Made by a program: the position numbers and the translations under genes
Assembly (NCBI GenBank): GCA_044356295.1
Contig: JBIKWN010000028.1
Span: forward strand, 1-30,587
Length of the DNA stretch: 30,587 nt
Direction: 5' to 3'
Source of the DNA: Bdellovibrionota bacterium
Lineage (GTDB): Bacteria > Bdellovibrionota_C > UBA2361 > JBIKWN01
Notes under the pieces: generated by a model
Told to the model about the DNA's origin: nothing
Database searches by the model: none
What the model saw: the letters and a program-made list of their open reading frames with translations, nothing else
Part shown: piece by piece, positions 27,737-30,587 of the stretch
How the letters are laid out: each line of letters starts with the position of its first letter
Numbering within the stretch: the stretch's first letter is position 1

Positions 27737-28708
27737 GTGCAAAAAATAAGAAAAATTCTTAATTTTCTCCTCCCTTTAGCTGCAGTTTTGCTGCTTTACC
27801 ATGCTGTCGACGTAAACGCGCTTATTAAACTTTTTAGTCAATTGTCATTTAAAACAATAGCGTGGCTCATGTGTATCAGCTTTATGCTTGTTCTGGTGAG
27901 CTCCATAAAGTGGAAAATTTTTATAAGTTTTCTTGGCGGAAAAACTTCCCTCCATGAACTATATCGATTGTATCTTGTTGGATATTTTATAAACTTAATT
28001 TTGCCATCATATCTTGGAGGTGATGCAGTTCGAAGTTTTAAAATTGGAAAATCTGTTGGACAACATCGAGCTGCGGCAGCAACAATCTTGGAACGATATA
28101 CAGGATTTACAGCAATGCTCTTCCTTGGGCTTGTCGCATCTATTTTTACTTCGTTAGCTACATGGCAAATGGAGGCGATATTAATTATTCTTTTCCTTGG
28201 TGTATGTATTTTTACAACTTTATCGCTCAGTTATACATTAAGATCTTATTTTACTTTCATTCCATACTTTTCAAAGATTGAAGTTCATTTAAATAAGATT
28301 TCTGAAGCTTTTCATCTTGTTAAAGGTAACGGTAGGGTTTTATTGCAAACGTATCTTCTGTCGTTTCTCTATCATTCATTGACGGTCTTAAATACTTGGG
28401 CGTGTGCTTCTGCCGTAGGATGGTCTAGTCCAAGCATTGGGTCGCTGTTTGTTGTTCTCCCAATTATTTTAACAATTGGAGCTGTTCCTATTTCCCCTCA
28501 AGGATTAGGCATTCAAGAGGGAGCGTTTTATTTTTTTCTTACAAGGCTTGGTGCAACACCAGAGCAGGCTTTGGGAATTGCACTCATTTTAAGAGCGAAG
28601 GGTTATGTCCTCGCCTTAATTGGAGGACTTCTCTACAGGTTCCCAGTTTCTACCTCTTACCAGCAGAACGTATCATCTGATAAGGAAAAGCAGGCTCTGG
28701 AGGAGTAG
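27737..28708 (+). CDS. Lysylphosphatidylglycerol synthase TM-domain / flippase-like protein (UPF0104)
   Basis: KWKI, GYFINLILPSYLGGDAVRS, ILERYTG and VPISPQGLGIQEGA; polytopic. Confidence 0.92.
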   Translation: MQKIRKILNFLLPLAAVLLLYHAVDVNALIKLFSQLSFKTIAWLMCISFMLVLVSSIKWKIFISFLGGKTSLHELYRLYLVGYFINLILPSYLGGDAVRSFKIGKSVGQHRAAAATILERYTGFTAMLFLGLVASIFTSLATWQMEAILIILFLGVCIFTTLSLSYTLRSYFTFIPYFSKIEVHLNKISEAFHLVKGNGRVLLQTYLLSFLYHSLTVLNTWACASAVGWSSPSIGSLFVVLPIILTIGAVPISPQGLGIQEGAFYFFLTRLGATPEQALGIALILRAKGYVLALIGGLLYRFPVSTSYQQNVSSDKEKQALEE

Positions 28709-29123
28709 GGTCTTGATCGTTTGCGTTTTCACGACGAGTCTTTGGACTAAAATCAGGGCATATTTCTTTAACGACGCTATCTTTTCGAGACTCAGACTGA
28801 GCGCGCCATAACAAGGAAGCATTCACATCACCGCTACAACCTCGACAGGTAAAATTATCCCAGTTCAGAGCAGCTGCCATATTCAAGCATGTTTCATAGT
28901 GAGAACAACTATATCTTCTTTTTGGAGCATCACTTGGCAGGTCTAGGGTTTCTGATTCTATAATTTGAAAAGGACCAGGTTTACCAAAAGAGTAAGGGGA
29001 ATCTGTTAATGTCTGATTTGAAACTATATGACGATTTGAAGAATAGTTTGAAGGTAAAGAAGTTTTTAATTCCACATCAGTGGACAATTTTTTTAGAGGA
29101 TTCAAATCGATCTTCTTAACCAT
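28650..29123 (-). CDS. Hypothetical protein with a four-Cys putative metal-binding motif
   Basis: RRYSCSHYETCLNMAAALNWDNFTCRGC (Cx5C...CxxC). Overlaps the flippase gene tail-to-tail by 59 bp. Confidence 0.7.
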   Translation of the reverse strand: MVKKIDLNPLKKLSTDVELKTSLPSNYSSNRHIVSNQTLTDSPYSFGKPGPFQIIESETLDLPSDAPKRRYSCSHYETCLNMAAALNWDNFTCRGCSGDVNASLLWRAQSESRKDSVVKEICPDFSPKTRRENANDQDPTPPEPAFPYQMIRSAGKR

Positions 29124-29467
29124 TATTATTCACAAGAGCATCTCATGAAGTGAGTCCTTGAGCAAATCGAGGTAGAAAAAAAATTAAATTAGATTATAAA
29201 TCCTATCCAAGGCGCAGTGAATTCAAAATATCTAAGGATTAAACAATGATATTGGTCGTAGGAACAGAATACCCCTTCCGCTGCACTTGATTTTCTTACA
29301 TTTTTTTTGTGAGATTATAGATTGCCCGGGGGAATCATGCCTCTAGCCGACATGATACATATCATACTCCCGCCCCCTCACTTGCAGAAATTAGTCTGAT
29401 TTACCCAGCGTTCGGATTCATTCATAATGAACCGGAAAGTATTACTTTTATTTCTAGCGCCAATAAG

Positions 29468-30121
29468 ATGTCTTCTGGTGACCACGTAAATATTATTTCC
29501 TCTCAAGGTACAGGACGAAATTTTGTAATTTTGTTTGAGAGAAGTTCACTCTACCAACAAAATTCTGAACAGCTTTTAGAAAAACTTTCTTTGACCGCAA
29601 AAGTTTTTTTACTAGAAGTGCCAATTGTTACGGCATCAAATTGGAATGCAACTACTATTGAAATTGAAAAACAGATTGAAGCTCAAAAAATTCGCCAAGC
29701 TTCATTTGTGACATTCGGGGACACTGGAGTTCTTGCTCAAAATATTTATCTAAGATCTCCAAAATCTGTCCGCTCGCTCTTATTGATTGATGCAACAAGC
29801 AGTCCCCACCCAACGTTGTGGAGTAGGTGTGTCGATAGTCTTGAAGCTCATTTTCCGCTTGGCCTTCCGCTTCGCAATGAAGATAAAAATTTTAATGCGA
29901 GAGCCCATCTACAACGAATTCGGTGCCCGGTACTGAGGGTAACGACAGCTCATGCTAGCCAACTTATGAAATTGCAGGCAATCGAAGATGCTTATGCAAT
30001 GCCGACAGCATGGAATTGCGATCTTCCAACAGAGTATTTTGGTGAAAATGAGTCGTCTGTATTAGCAGTTATCGCTGAACAGTTTCAGGAGATCCCTGCG
30101 AAGTGCCCTCAAGGTTCGTAG
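29468..30121 (+). CDS. Degenerate alpha/beta-hydrolase fold protein
   Basis: SQGTGRNFVIL, ASFVTFGDTGVLAQ at the nucleophile-elbow position without GxSxG, PKSVRSLLLIDA and LQRIRCPVL. Confidence 0.75.
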   Translation: MSSGDHVNIISSQGTGRNFVILFERSSLYQQNSEQLLEKLSLTAKVFLLEVPIVTASNWNATTIEIEKQIEAQKIRQASFVTFGDTGVLAQNIYLRSPKSVRSLLLIDATSSPHPTLWSRCVDSLEAHFPLGLPLRNEDKNFNARAHLQRIRCPVLRVTTAHASQLMKLQAIEDAYAMPTAWNCDLPTEYFGENESSVLAVIAEQFQEIPAKCPQGS

Positions 30122-30587
30122 CAGATTCATCAGTGGATGCAAATTCAATTTTTGTTTTGTTTTTCAAAAAAGCTTTTGTCTCATTGTACCCAAGCTCCAT
30201 AAGTCCAAGTATGTAATCTTCATCAAGGGCTACGTAGCTCATTGCTTCATATGCCACTTCTTCACCGACTTTATTTTTTAAAAGAGTAAATACAGGCCAA
30301 ATTGGTCCAACAGATTTTATAAATTGTGCTGTTGAGCGAGATACAGAACTTTTTAAAACAGACCCAAGTGACCCCTTAGGACGAAGAGTAAATGTTTCAG
30401 GTGGACGTAAACAAAATGTTGAATGTGCAGACTCTACTTCCCATGTCGGTCTTGTATCGTGTGATTCACCTGTACGGTCCAGCCACCAACTTCTTCCCGA
30501 GATATCAATAACGATAACTTTTTCTGCTCCGAGACGTACTGCTGGATCAACAGGTACATTAATTGAGATTCCACCATCAACGAGTCG
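30069..30587 (-). CDS. Patatin-like phospholipase, 3' part (5'-truncated by the window)
   Basis: The minus frame is open from the window end: RLVDGGISINVPVDPAVRLGAEKVIVID (DGG motif)...YILGLMELGYNET. It continues into the track ORF 30069..30257. Confidence 0.88.
   Translation of the reverse strand, partial: RLVDGGISINVPVDPAVRLGAEKVIVIDISGRSWWLDRTGESHDTRPTWEVESAHSTFCLRPPETFTLRPKGSLGSVLKSSVSRSTAQFIKSVGPIWPVFTLLKNKVGEEVAYEAMSYVALDEDYILGLMELGYNETKAFLKNKTKIEFASTDESATNLEGTSQGSPETVQR

Noticed and set aside
29320..29440. tRNA, SRP RNA or 6S RNA assignment
   Set aside because: No cloverleaf or T-loop, no SRP domain IV motif, and no long end-to-end pairing; only a superficial AGCCGA...CATAC resemblance to 6S.
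30069..30257. Stand-alone 62-aa ORF
   Set aside because: It is the C-terminal part of the patatin gene, whose frame is open to the window end.

Overview
AT-rich bacterial chromosomal window (high-30s % GC by eye, not computed). Gene content suggests a diderm deltaproteobacterial/Bdellovibrionota-like organism; this is inference only. From left to right: the 3' part of a proline-free Gly-X-Ser/Thr collagen-like protein with an internal CBM5/12-like module; a convergent ffh-metG-GT2(TPR) unit; a degenerate flagellin-like gene with a good sigma-28 (FliA)-type promoter; a DUF4177-like lipoprotein; a hexamer-repeat hairpin; an amtB 5' remnant truncated exactly where an orphan GCPF-motif/P-loop gene ends; a TonB-dependent receptor-tonB-nnr unit; a divergent hpt; a glycan export/modification run (wzt, an unannotated stop-interrupted gene, wzm, two GT4s, ABC-F, GT-C with a discoidin domain); a probably highly expressed FadL/PorV-like beta-barrel with promoter and terminator; a second REP/MITE-like inverted repeat; an FG-GAP propeller; an LPG-synthase/flippase-like protein; a 4-Cys protein; a candidate structured RNA; a pseudo-alpha/beta hydrolase; and the 3' end of a patatin. 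I saw no rRNA, tRNA, CRISPR array or transposase. The best leads are the degenerate flagellin, the collagen-like protein with its GT2-TPR neighbour, and the amtB-truncating orphan.
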